Translations under genes and position numbers: made by a program
The notes under the pieces: generated by a model
What the model saw: the letters and a program-made list of their open reading frames with translations, nothing else
Databases searched by the model: none
What the model was told of the DNA's origin: nothing
In this document: positions 32,047-41,951 of the stretch, piece after piece
How the letters are laid out: every line of letters begins with the position of its first letter
Numbering within the stretch: the stretch's first letter is position 1
NCBI RefSeq assembly: GCF_000737315.1
Contig: NZ_JMCB01000014.1
Location: forward strand, 186,001 to 250,000
From: Hyalangium minutum
GTDB taxonomy: Bacteria; Myxococcota; Myxococcia; Myxococcales; Myxococcaceae
Length of the DNA stretch: 64,000 bases
Direction of reading: 5' to 3'

Positions 32047-34362
32047 TCAAAGCACCTTCAGATACTCCAGAAGATCCCTGCGCTCCTGCTCCGGCAGCTG
32101 GGTGCCATAGAGGTGTCCACTGTTGGCGTTACCCACCACGCTCGTGTCGTAGCGGAAGCCCACAGCCTCAGCCTCTGGCCCCTGAGTGACGTACCCGACG
32201 CGCTCCGGGTCGAAGACGTTGTACCCGCGGTAGAAGAGCGTGGGCCGCTGCTCGGGGGGCAACAACAAATCCCAGAGCGTGGGCACCGAGCCGTTGTGCA
32301 GGTACGGGCCACGGGCCCAGATGCCGTCGATGGGCATGTTGCTGTAGCCCTGCGTCTTCCGGTACGAGTCGAACTTGAAGGGCGGCATGTCGATCTTGTG
32401 GAAGTTGTCCACGAGGCTCTGGGTGAACGACTGGAGCCTGTGCGGGTCCGTGCCCACCTCCGCCACGGGAGTCACTCCGCCCACATCCTGGCCCTGGAAC
32501 GAGTGGCACCTCGCGCAGTTCTGTTCGTACAGCCCCTGGCCACGCTGGGCCGCATCCTTGTTGATGGGGAACGGGTAGGAGGGAGGCGCCAGGTTCAACA
32601 GGTACTGCGTCACCCGGTTGAAGCTGGGCAGCAGCACCGACTCAGGCGTGGCGCCAATGGCCATGGCCGCCGCGAAGTTGCGCTCGTGGATGTTGCCGTT
32701 GTTTCCATCCCAGTGCAGCCAGAGCTTCTCTCTCGGCTTCTGGTTCCACACCTGCGGGAGATCCGTGGTGCCAAGGCTGCCGTCATCCCCCATGAAGAAG
32801 ACGTCGATCTTGGTGGGGTTGAAGGTGTCGGTGCGGCCGCGCCCCTGCTTGGGACGGTTCTTCTGCCACGCGTACTCGCCCCGCTGGCGAAGCAGACCCG
32901 ACTGCGTCATCGGAATGATGGCGAAGCGGTAGTACAGGGACTCGATGGTCCCCATCGGGTTCTGCTTCTCAATCGCCGCCAGCACGTTGGACGCGGTGAA
33001 GCGGGGATCGGCGGCACAGTCGTAGAGGAAGCGCTGGAACCCCTCCAGGTCCAGCTCATGGGCGGGAGCGGCCGGGAGCACCCCATTCGGGCTGCTGGCC
33101 GAGGCCCGGTACGAGCCGCTGTGGCAGAGCGCGCAGTTGGGCTCCACGCTCGGGTAGCCCAGTTCCCGCCGGGCGAACCCGACAGGCAGATCCTGGTTCG
33201 GCTCCTGGATGAAGCCGAAGGAGGCCCAGCCCTGCTCCGGGAGAGGGAGCTTGTCCTTGCAGAGCACGGGCATCACCTTCCACAACCAGTAGGGAACGCG
33301 TGAGCTCATGCTCAAGCCAATGGCGCCGTACTTGTAGTGTTCCTCGTCCGTGGCGTAGCTCGCCTCGGGCTCGGCCCGCATCAGGTAGTACCAGGTGTTG
33401 TAGCCAAACAGCCCCAGCAGCACCGCCACCAGCGCCGCGGCCACCCGCTCCGGCAGCGGCCGGCCCTTCAGCACCAACACATCCCACGCTTCGGCGAGCA
33501 AGGCCTTGAGGTTGGCGCCGCTGATCCGCAGCTCGGGGGGCATGCCCGTCTGGAGGAGCACCAGCTGCACCAGGGCGAACAAGCCATCCGAGATGAAGAA
33601 CGAGGTGAACACCTGGCGATCCGGCTGGCGCATGATGCTGAACCAGAAGATCGCGGCGATGACCCGGGAGCTGACCACGATCCAGGCCGCCGCCGGGCGC
33701 CGCAGGGGATCCGCCACGGCGGGCAGATACACCAGCGACACGCCCAGGAGGACGATGCCCGCCATGGTGAGCCAGATCCCCGAGAAATCCACATACTGAG
33801 CCCCGATGGCCTTCGCGATGAGGCCCTGGGAGAACAGCGCGGGCAGGATGAAGCCGAGGTTCAACACCGAGCCCAGCCACACCACCCGCTGGAACCAGGT
33901 GAGCCCTCCCCGCTCCATCTTGACCGGACGGAAGGCCCCGGCGGCTCGCCCCAGGTTGCCCAGGCTCAGCCGAAGCTCCGGCGGCAAGCCCAGCTGCAAG
34001 AGCACCAGCGGCAGCACCGCCAGCGCTCCATCCACCACCAGCAGCGGGAGGAAGTCCTTGCCGTAGGCCGGATCCAGCACCAGCCGGAGCCAGTAAGCGG
34101 AGGCCAGCACCTTCTCCAGCACTACCAGCCAGGCCACGGGCGCGAACTTCACCGGATCCCTGGCGGTGGCGAGCATGAAGAGGCTCAGGGGAATGAGCAG
34201 CATGCCCATGTTCCCCAGCCAGACGCTGGAGAACACCACCCGCCCTGTCGCCATCATCGTGCCGAAGACATCCGGCTGGAAGATGGCCGCGGCCGCGAAC
34301 CCCACCTGCCCCACCGCGCCCACCACGGCCACCCACGCATACACTCTCAGCCAGCGGTTCAC
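32047..34362 (-). CDS. polytopic membrane protein fused to a di-heme cytochrome c (RoxA/CCP-like)
   Basis: Two similar ~4-TM modules, then CALCH and CARCH heme motifs and GPYLHNGSVPTL; GTG 34362 overlaps the upstream TGA. Confidence 0.8.
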   Translation of the reverse strand: MNRWLRVYAWVAVVGAVGQVGFAAAAIFQPDVFGTMMATGRVVFSSVWLGNMGMLLIPLSLFMLATARDPVKFAPVAWLVVLEKVLASAYWLRLVLDPAYGKDFLPLLVVDGALAVLPLVLLQLGLPPELRLSLGNLGRAAGAFRPVKMERGGLTWFQRVVWLGSVLNLGFILPALFSQGLIAKAIGAQYVDFSGIWLTMAGIVLLGVSLVYLPAVADPLRRPAAAWIVVSSRVIAAIFWFSIMRQPDRQVFTSFFISDGLFALVQLVLLQTGMPPELRISGANLKALLAEAWDVLVLKGRPLPERVAAALVAVLLGLFGYNTWYYLMRAEPEASYATDEEHYKYGAIGLSMSSRVPYWLWKVMPVLCKDKLPLPEQGWASFGFIQEPNQDLPVGFARRELGYPSVEPNCALCHSGSYRASASSPNGVLPAAPAHELDLEGFQRFLYDCAADPRFTASNVLAAIEKQNPMGTIESLYYRFAIIPMTQSGLLRQRGEYAWQKNRPKQGRGRTDTFNPTKIDVFFMGDDGSLGTTDLPQVWNQKPREKLWLHWDGNNGNIHERNFAAAMAIGATPESVLLPSFNRVTQYLLNLAPPSYPFPINKDAAQRGQGLYEQNCARCHSFQGQDVGGVTPVAEVGTDPHRLQSFTQSLVDNFHKIDMPPFKFDSYRKTQGYSNMPIDGIWARGPYLHNGSVPTLWDLLLPPEQRPTLFYRGYNVFDPERVGYVTQGPEAEAVGFRYDTSVVGNANSGHLYGTQLPEQERRDLLEYLKVL

Positions 34363-37300
34363 GCTGCACTCTCCTTCCCGGCCGGGACCTGCGCCTGATC
34401 CTTCTTCTCGGCGGCCTGGGTCTGCTCCAGGTGCTCGAGGATGCGGCCGTAGACGTCCTGGGCCGCGTTCTTGCCGAAGATGCAGTCGATGTGGCCGTAG
34501 TCCGGGATGACGACGCGGGAGTAGAGCGCCGCGCCGTTCCGCTCGCTGAGCACCTGGAGCGTCTTCTCCGTGCTCTTCGGCAGGAAGCACTGGTTGCGTT
34601 CGCCATGGATGAAGCGGATGGGGATGGCCATGCGCTCCAGGTGCGGCAGGTAGACGTTTTCGCCGTGCGCGTCCACCACATGGCCCTTGTTCACCATGGT
34701 CGCCAGTCCCTCGAGCGCCGTGATGGTCGCCTCACCGAAGAGCTCGTGCAGCGAGTCGTGCGTCAGCAGGTTGAGCTGCTCGTGCTGGTAGAGCAGCGAG
34801 TAGATGAAGCTGATGCGGTGGCACACCGCGCTGTCGCAGTGCTCGCTCTTCCCCACCGGGTAGGCGGCGAGCGCCCGGTCGTAGAGCCGCGAGAAGAGGC
34901 CCTCGCCCTTCTCGGCCTCGGTGGTGAGGGACTTGACCCCCACGAAGTCCAGGAGCTGCGGCAGGTGCAGCCCGGACTTGATCGACACCATCGTGGGCGT
35001 CTCCACGTGGGTGGAGATCTGCGAGCAGACCGCGGAGCGCACCCCCTGGAGGCCCGCCAGCATGGCCATGGTGAAGGTGGTGGAGCCGTAGCAGTGCGCG
35101 ATCACCTGGATGTCCGTGGCCCCGGTCACCTCGCGCACCTTGGCCACCGCCGTCGGCCAGTCCTGGGTGGCGATCTGATCCGCCGTGTACTGGGCCTTCG
35201 AGGCGGGCAGCAGCGTGCTGGCGCGGTAGTCCAGCAGCCACACGTCGTAGCCGTGGGCGCAGAGGTACTCGAGCAGGTTGGTGTTGATGGTGTCCGTGGA
35301 GAAGATGCGGCTGGACACGCCCAGGCCGTGCGCCAGCATCACGGGGCCCTTGCCGCCGGCCTGGTAGCGCGTGAGCACCAGGTCCACCCCGTCGGGGGTC
35401 TTGAAGCCATACAGGTGGGGCGCTGGCGCACGCAGCGGTCGCCGCTTGCGCGGGGGCGCGTTCGTGTCGACGAACTGCAGCGGCGAGAGGATGCCTCCGT
35501 AGTATTCGAACAGGACGCCCGCGAAGTACTTGCCGAACTCCAGCGACAGCTTCAGGCGCTCCGCCGCGTCCTTCGCGTTGAAGACATCCATCGTGGTGAG
35601 CTGGTGCATGAAGTCTTCCGGAGCGATCTTCAGCACGCCCCGGCCCAGCACCTTGCCCGACTCATCCTTGCCCTCGTACACGGTGATGTAGAGGGTGGTG
35701 GTGTCGTGCCACATGTTCGTGATGGACCGCTCCGTGACGACCTTGAAGCCGGTGAAGAAGAAGGTGCGGCCATCATCCGCCGTCAGCAGCATCCGGTACT
35801 TCATCCGCCGGGTATCGGCCTCGTTGGGATCCTGGACGAAGAGGTTGAACACCCCCTGGTTGGCGGTGAGCGGCTTGTCGGAGAGCGCGGGCGCGCGCAC
35901 CGTGCCCACCATCCGGGCGGAGTGGTCCGGCTGCTTCATCATCGCATCGACGTCCTCGGAGACGATGGTGAGGATGAACTCGAAGGACGAGCCCTCCTTC
36001 TCGCCGCGCGCGGCCGCCGCCACGTAGTCCGTGTCCGTGGACGGGGCGAAGAAGCCCTTCATCGTCTCGGTGAAGCGGATGCCCGGCTTGCGGTTGTTGG
36101 CCAGCAGGGGCATGGGCCCCTTCTTCGAGTAGTCGATCGTCCAGCCGCGCTCCGCCGCGAGCCGCATGGCGCAGCGCTCGGAGATCGCGGAGATGGTGAG
36201 CAGCGGGTTGACGCCCAGCGATGTGGGGACGACGGAGCCATCACACACGTACAGCCCGTCGTACGTCGCCTCGCCGGCGTTGGAGGCGAAGACCTTGTTC
36301 TCGTGGTTGACCACGCCCTGCTCGGCGCTGTCCGCCATGTTGCAGCCACCCAGCGGGTGCACGGTGATGAGGCTCTTGCCGAGCAGCTTCTCCCAGACGG
36401 GATCCCGGGTGTAGATGCCCTGGAGCGCCTGGGTGGCTCCCATCAAGCGCTTGTCCACTGTCTCGAAGATGGGCCGCTTGCCCACGCCCGCCCACTCGAT
36501 GCGCAGCCGGTCCCCCTCCAGCTTCATGGCGCCGTCGCTGCCGTCGTGGCCCATCACCAGATAGGTCTGCGTGTTCCGAACCGCGCCGTGGTAGGCGCCG
36601 AGGATCTCGCTATCGACCTTGCGCAGTTCCTGCTGCACCACCAGGCCCGGGGCCGTGTTAGAGCCCTCGAGGTCGGCGGCCGCGGCGAGCATCGCGGGCA
36701 GCACCGGAGCCAGCGCGCCCGGGATGGCGCCCTCCTCCATGATGAGGTCGTCCTCCACCTTCTCCTGGTTGCGCATGTCGATGATGCTGGTGATGGTGGG
36801 CCCCACCTCCCCCGCCTCGTGCTCGGACCGGGTCCCGAAGCCAATGCCCTGGATGGCGGACTCGTTGTTGTAGGCGAAGCCCAGCACGTCTCCGTTGCCG
36901 CTGAAGCCCTTGCCCACCTGATCCGAGACGGGCAGTCCCTGCTGCTTGGAGCGCAGGAGGATCTCGGAGGAGCCCAGCGCGCCCGCCGCCAGCACGACGA
37001 TGTCCGCCGACACGGTCAGCAGCGGGGCGTCGAACTTCTCCCGGCCGGTGTCCAGCACCTGGTAGTGGACCAGCCACTTGCCGTCCGAGCTGCGCTCGAC
37101 GTAGCGCACGCTGGTCTCGCAGTAGATCTCCGCGCCGTGCCGCTTCGCATCCGGCAGGTAGTTCATCAACACGGTGTTCTTCGCGCCGACATTGCAGCCG
37201 GAGCAGCAGTCACCGCAGTTGTTGCAGGCCTTCTGGAACACGCCGGCGGCATTCTCCCCATCCTCGAAAGTCACGTTGATGGCGGTGCGGTAGAACTTCT

Positions 37301-39155
37301 GCCCCATGGCCTCGGCGGACTTCTTCATCGCCTCCAGCTTGGGGAGCTTGGGGCGGGTATCCGGGTAGGGCTGGGGCCTCAGCATCGCCTCCGCGAGCGA
37401 GTAGCCCGCATCGAGCTCCTTGCTCTTCTCACCGCGCAGGGCCTGGGGCCAGCGCGGGTTGTCGAAGACGCGGGCCTCGGCGCGGATGGAGACGTTGGCG
37501 TTGATGAGGGAGGTGCCCCCCAGCCCGCAGCCCACCAGCACGTTGATGTCCGGGTTGCAGTGGAAATCGAACATGCCGGTGCGCGAGCCCACATGAGCCG
37601 AGGGCATGTTCAGCTGCATGTTCTCGGTGGCCTCCAATACGGTGTTGGGGAACTCACCGGGCTGGCGCTCGCGGCCGCGCTCCAGCACGCAGACGCTCTG
37701 GCCAGCGCGCGACAGGCGGGAGGCGAGGATGGCGCCACCGTAGCCAGAGCCGATGACCACAGCGGTGTAGTGGGGGCGAATTTCCTCAATGGGTGAAGCG
37801 AGACGATTCATGCGCATGGGACCAGCTCCGGGAGAAGCAACAGCGGGGGCAACAGGGACATCGACACGGGGTGAAGAGGGAATCGCGCTGCCAGGAGGCG
37901 CGCGCCGCTGCGGCTCCTTGCGCATGGCAATGCTCTTCGGAGGCGTGAGCGGCTGAGGGGCCACCTGATAGACGCCCCCTTCGTCGGTGACGTGCCGGGT
38001 GCTGATGATGAAGCGGCTCGCGGCCTCGTCGATCTCCACCTCGGTGAAGGTGCAGTAGCGACGCTTGTCGTGAGCCTTCATGTCGGGCTCGGACGGACAG
38101 CTGAACCCGCAGTTGGAGTAAAGGCTCTCCGCCATGAAGAGCTGGTGCTCGTCCTCATCGACGGGCACGTGGGTGTGCCCCATCACCACCACCGGGTACT
38201 TGAGGTCCTCTCCCAACCGCTTGGCGAAGTGGGTGATGTTGTTGAGCACGTCCACCTCGGCCAGCGCGAACTCCCCGGGGAAGGAGCCATAGACATTCTT
38301 GTTCTTGCTCGCCGTCTCCTCGTAGCTCTTGAGGATGGACGGGTAGGTCTTCACCACGTCGGAGACGCTCAACCGCGTGCCATCGAGCATCTCGAACGTC
38401 AGGTCACGCGACTGGCCGGTGACATCAAGCAGCGCGCTCAGCACCACGTCTGACAGGGAGCTCCGCCCGTGCTCCAGATCCTTGAGGAGCTCCTTCAGTG
38501 CGTCTTTGGCCAGGGGCCAACCCGTGGGATCGCCGCCTCCCGGGAGCGCGGCCGCGGTGGAGCCCGGGGGCATGTGGCTCAGCTGCTGGAGGGACCACAG
38601 CGCCGCCATGCGGGTGATGAAGTGCGCGAAGGGCAGGCCGTTGCGAGGGTTCTGGATGTAATCGGGAGCATTGAGCAGCGAGAAGTGGTGACCATGGGTG
38701 CAGACCACCTGCCCCCTGCCCGCGGGCGGCTCATACAGCAGCGAGTTCACGAACCGGGGGGAGCGGCCCTTCGAATCGCGAATGAGGGTCAGGTCCTTCG
38801 CGGTCACCGCCATGTCGTGGTTGCCGCCCACATAGGTGACACGCCCCTCGAGCGCCTCCACCGCCGCACCGAGCGCGCCGGGAACCCGCTGCCCATTCAC
38901 CACTCCACCGAACACCTGGGGATTGGCCGCAGCGATGTCCGCGAAGGACGGAGGCCTGCGCGACGGCTCGTAGGTCCACTGATCCACGAGGTCGCCCACC
39001 ACCACCAGCTCCTGAATGGAGCTCGCCTGCCGCTGGATGTACTCGAAGGCTGCGAGCAGATACGGCTCGTGGATCGAACGCTGGTACCAATTCGTCGCAG
39101 CGTTGATGCCAATGTGGAGATCGCTGAAGAGAACGATTCTTGGGTTCTGGGGCAT
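34359..39155 (-). CDS. metallophosphoesterase - GMC (cholesterol-oxidase-like) flavoprotein - alpha/beta hydrolase fusion (~1598 aa)
   Basis: SDLH, GDLVD, GNHD, THGH, GHTH; then VIGSGYGG, GCGLGGTSLINANV, TVHPLGGC, GVNPLLTI; then LAHGLG, AHCYGS, YGHIDCIFG. Confidence 0.85.
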   Translation of the reverse strand: MPQNPRIVLFSDLHIGINAATNWYQRSIHEPYLLAAFEYIQRQASSIQELVVVGDLVDQWTYEPSRRPPSFADIAAANPQVFGGVVNGQRVPGALGAAVEALEGRVTYVGGNHDMAVTAKDLTLIRDSKGRSPRFVNSLLYEPPAGRGQVVCTHGHHFSLLNAPDYIQNPRNGLPFAHFITRMAALWSLQQLSHMPPGSTAAALPGGGDPTGWPLAKDALKELLKDLEHGRSSLSDVVLSALLDVTGQSRDLTFEMLDGTRLSVSDVVKTYPSILKSYEETASKNKNVYGSFPGEFALAEVDVLNNITHFAKRLGEDLKYPVVVMGHTHVPVDEDEHQLFMAESLYSNCGFSCPSEPDMKAHDKRRYCTFTEVEIDEAASRFIISTRHVTDEGGVYQVAPQPLTPPKSIAMRKEPQRRAPPGSAIPSSPRVDVPVAPAVASPGAGPMRMNRLASPIEEIRPHYTAVVIGSGYGGAILASRLSRAGQSVCVLERGRERQPGEFPNTVLEATENMQLNMPSAHVGSRTGMFDFHCNPDINVLVGCGLGGTSLINANVSIRAEARVFDNPRWPQALRGEKSKELDAGYSLAEAMLRPQPYPDTRPKLPKLEAMKKSAEAMGQKFYRTAINVTFEDGENAAGVFQKACNNCGDCCSGCNVGAKNTVLMNYLPDAKRHGAEIYCETSVRYVERSSDGKWLVHYQVLDTGREKFDAPLLTVSADIVVLAAGALGSSEILLRSKQQGLPVSDQVGKGFSGNGDVLGFAYNNESAIQGIGFGTRSEHEAGEVGPTITSIIDMRNQEKVEDDLIMEEGAIPGALAPVLPAMLAAAADLEGSNTAPGLVVQQELRKVDSEILGAYHGAVRNTQTYLVMGHDGSDGAMKLEGDRLRIEWAGVGKRPIFETVDKRLMGATQALQGIYTRDPVWEKLLGKSLITVHPLGGCNMADSAEQGVVNHENKVFASNAGEATYDGLYVCDGSVVPTSLGVNPLLTISAISERCAMRLAAERGWTIDYSKKGPMPLLANNRKPGIRFTETMKGFFAPSTDTDYVAAAARGEKEGSSFEFILTIVSEDVDAMMKQPDHSARMVGTVRAPALSDKPLTANQGVFNLFVQDPNEADTRRMKYRMLLTADDGRTFFFTGFKVVTERSITNMWHDTTTLYITVYEGKDESGKVLGRGVLKIAPEDFMHQLTTMDVFNAKDAAERLKLSLEFGKYFAGVLFEYYGGILSPLQFVDTNAPPRKRRPLRAPAPHLYGFKTPDGVDLVLTRYQAGGKGPVMLAHGLGVSSRIFSTDTINTNLLEYLCAHGYDVWLLDYRASTLLPASKAQYTADQIATQDWPTAVAKVREVTGATDIQVIAHCYGSTTFTMAMLAGLQGVRSAVCSQISTHVETPTMVSIKSGLHLPQLLDFVGVKSLTTEAEKGEGLFSRLYDRALAAYPVGKSEHCDSAVCHRISFIYSLLYQHEQLNLLTHDSLHELFGEATITALEGLATMVNKGHVVDAHGENVYLPHLERMAIPIRFIHGERNQCFLPKSTEKTLQVLSERNGAALYSRVVIPDYGHIDCIFGKNAAQDVYGRILEHLEQTQAAEKKDQAQVPAGKESAA

Positions 39156-39412
39156 AGACAGCCTCGACTGCAAACCCATGGCCAAGAACACACGACAGAG
39201 ATCCCGAGGCAGGATGTCCCCTTGCTTCTCAAAACGTTCGTTCTGACATGTCAGAGAGGGGGGAATTGACATGCCGGGAAAGAGGACTGACACGTCGGCC
39301 TCCATCCCCCCATCTCCACAGCCCCGATCTCACTGCATCCATGGATGGGCTCTGAACTTGCAGAGGGCAAGGTCACACCCCCATGGGCCCAGACACGGGC
39401 CAGGAGTACGGC

Positions 39413-40372
39413 ATGTCCTACAGCAACCAGCAGATCATGATGACGCTCGCGGCCCTCGCGAGCACCGCGTCGAACCAGCAGATCTTCGAGTCGGTCGAGC
39501 ACCAGGAGGCGCGGGCGCTGAAGTGGATCAACAAGATCCTCGCCGAGCCGGGGCTTGCCACGGGCGGCGCCTGGCAGGCCATCTGGGTCGGGCTGAGCGC
39601 GGATCGCGCGAACCTGTCGTACATCGCGCAGAACGCGTCGAAGACCCAGTTCGCGGTCAGCATCCGCGGCACCGACTTCGCGATCAAGATCGACGTGGCC
39701 GAGGACGACGACGTGTCAGAGGTCGTGTCCTTCGCTGAGCAGGCCGGTGCGCCGGCGTGGATCTCTCAGGGCGCGATGGAGGCCTTCCAGGAAGTGACGG
39801 GCACTGTCTCCTCCCAGAGCAAGACGACGCTCGCGCAGGAGCTGCAGAAGCTGGCCAGCTACCACCCGGGCGCGCAGTTCTTCATCACCGGCCACAGCCT
39901 CGGCGGGAGCGTGGCGACCACCGTGGGGCTCTACCTGCAGAACCTGGCGAAGAGCTGGAGCACCCCGGTCTCGTTCCAGGTGTACACCTTCGCGGCGCCC
40001 ACCGCCGGCACCCAGGAGTTCGCGGCGCTCTTCGCCAAGACCTTCGCCCAGAGCTCGTGGCGCGTCTACAACCTCTTGGATGCGGTTCCCAACGCCTGGC
40101 AGACGCTGTCCAAGGTGAACGACTTCTTCCCGGGCGGGCCGAAGGCGACCCCCATCGTCCAGGATCTGATCACCAAGAAGCAGGCCTCCACCAACGGCAA
40201 CGCCTACACGCAGCCCGTCACCAAAGAGGTGCCGCTCAACCAGCAGGGGCTGCGCGACATGAACCACATCGCCAACGACACTTATGACTTCCTCCAGCAG
40301 GTAGGCTTCCAGCACGACGTCAACACGTACCTGACGCTGCTCGAGGCGCCGACGGTCACCGTCAATAAGTAA
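39413..40372 (+). CDS. lipase class 3 family protein
   Basis: IRGT, ITGHSLGG, YTFAAP, DAVP, C-terminal H; AGGAG RBS before ATG 39413. Confidence 0.9.
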   Translation: MSYSNQQIMMTLAALASTASNQQIFESVEHQEARALKWINKILAEPGLATGGAWQAIWVGLSADRANLSYIAQNASKTQFAVSIRGTDFAIKIDVAEDDDVSEVVSFAEQAGAPAWISQGAMEAFQEVTGTVSSQSKTTLAQELQKLASYHPGAQFFITGHSLGGSVATTVGLYLQNLAKSWSTPVSFQVYTFAAPTAGTQEFAALFAKTFAQSSWRVYNLLDAVPNAWQTLSKVNDFFPGGPKATPIVQDLITKKQASTNGNAYTQPVTKEVPLNQQGLRDMNHIANDTYDFLQQVGFQHDVNTYLTLLEAPTVTVNK

Positions 40373-40421
40373 GGCTGAAACCGCCCCCGGTGACGGCTCT
40401 CAGAGCGCAGGCCACCTGAGG

Positions 40422-41855
40422 TCAGTGCTGGACGTCTGACGGCCGTGGGAGCGAAGCGTTATTCCCCGTCTCGCTTCGCTCCCAGGAGGAGCCCGCACGC
40501 GGAAGCTCGAACCAGAACGTGCTTCCCTTCCCTCGCTCGGACGTGACGCCGACCCGGCCGCCATGCCCCTCGGCCAGCTTCTTGACCGTCGCGAGCCCCA
40601 GGCCGAGCCCATCGGCCCCCACGGCCTGTCCACGGAAGTAGGGCTCGAACAAGGAGGGTAGGATCTCCGAGGCAATCCCCGGTCCCGTGTCGCGGACTTC
40701 CGTTCGAATCATGCCGCCCTCCACCATGACGCGAAGGGTGACCCGCCGGACCGGCGCGTCGCCCATGTACTTGATGGCGTTGCGGACCAAGTTGCCGAGC
40801 AGACTCAGGTAGGCCCCCGTGCTGCAGGCTGCGAGAACGGGTGGAACCGGCTCGGCATGGAGCTCGATGCCGAGTTGCTCCGCTTCGGCCGAGAAGCCGC
40901 TCACCAGATCCTCAACCGCCGCGCGCGGCTCCGTGCGAGCCCCCGGATCCGGCCTGGCTCCCGAACGCGCGAAGTCCAGGAGCGCCCCGGTGATCGCATC
41001 CGCTCGCGAGAGGCTCCGGATGATGCGCTGGATGTTCCCGAGAGCCACTTCATCCGAGCTCTTTCGCACCACAATCTCAGCGGCCAGGCGGGCCGCCGAG
41101 AGCGGATTGCGGATGTCATGGGCCACGCGGCCCGCGAACTGCTCCAGCTCCGCGGCACGTGCCTCCAGAGACTTCGTGTGCGCGTCGAAGAGGACGCGAC
41201 GGGCCCGGGCCACGCGATAGAGCAACCACGCCACGGCCACGGCCAGGATGCCGCAGAACGCATTGAGTCCATTGGCGAGCCACATGGTGTGGCGGCGGGT
41301 CTCATGGATTCTCTCCGCCATCTCCCGGCCGCGGACGGCGTTGTATTCGATGGCACTTGTGATCGCCTCGAGGGTCTGCCGGCCCAGGGGCTCCACCTCG
41401 CCTTTGAACAGCGCGCTCGCCTTGGCATCTCCTTCCGCTTCCACGGCCGCGCGTGCGTCCCGGACGGCGTGGTCGAAGCGCAGCCAGGACGCCTCGGCCC
41501 CGATTCTCACGGACTGCTCACCGGGGAAGGAAGGCAGAATCAAGTACTCGCGCATCCCCTGTTCCACCTGGGCCAGCGCCGTTTCCAGGGAGCCTCCCAG
41601 CTCCGGCCGGAGCATGGGCTCGTGGATGAAGCGCGTGAGGAGCAGTTCCACCTCCAGAACGGACCTGCGGACGGATGCCAGGCGCTCGATGCTGGGAGCC
41701 GAGTTGTAGATGATGCCCTCGGAGAGCTCACCGACTGCCGCGGACGAACGCTGAACGATGAGGTTCGTCACGAGGAAGCTTCCCACGACGGCAGCAAACG
41801 CGAGGGAGAGCATCTTCCCAGACACGGCATTGCCAGGGGGCAGTGGAGGAGACAT
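40422..41855 (-). CDS. orphan membrane sensor histidine kinase
   Basis: Two TMs flanking a four-helix sensor; AHDIRNPL H-box, NLVRNAIKY, DTGPGI, GLGLGL; start uncertain (41897/41855/41813). Confidence 0.92.
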   Translation of the reverse strand: MSPPLPPGNAVSGKMLSLAFAAVVGSFLVTNLIVQRSSAAVGELSEGIIYNSAPSIERLASVRRSVLEVELLLTRFIHEPMLRPELGGSLETALAQVEQGMREYLILPSFPGEQSVRIGAEASWLRFDHAVRDARAAVEAEGDAKASALFKGEVEPLGRQTLEAITSAIEYNAVRGREMAERIHETRRHTMWLANGLNAFCGILAVAVAWLLYRVARARRVLFDAHTKSLEARAAELEQFAGRVAHDIRNPLSAARLAAEIVVRKSSDEVALGNIQRIIRSLSRADAITGALLDFARSGARPDPGARTEPRAAVEDLVSGFSAEAEQLGIELHAEPVPPVLAACSTGAYLSLLGNLVRNAIKYMGDAPVRRVTLRVMVEGGMIRTEVRDTGPGIASEILPSLFEPYFRGQAVGADGLGLGLATVKKLAEGHGGRVGVTSERGKGSTFWFELPRAGSSWERSETGNNASLPRPSDVQH

Positions 41856-41951
41856 GTCAGTTCCATGTGTCTCACGCCCTTCCAAGTCAACCTCCATGCC
41901 GATGGGCCGAGCCCTGCCCCGCTGGGCCGGTATCGCGGGCCGCTCAGTATC

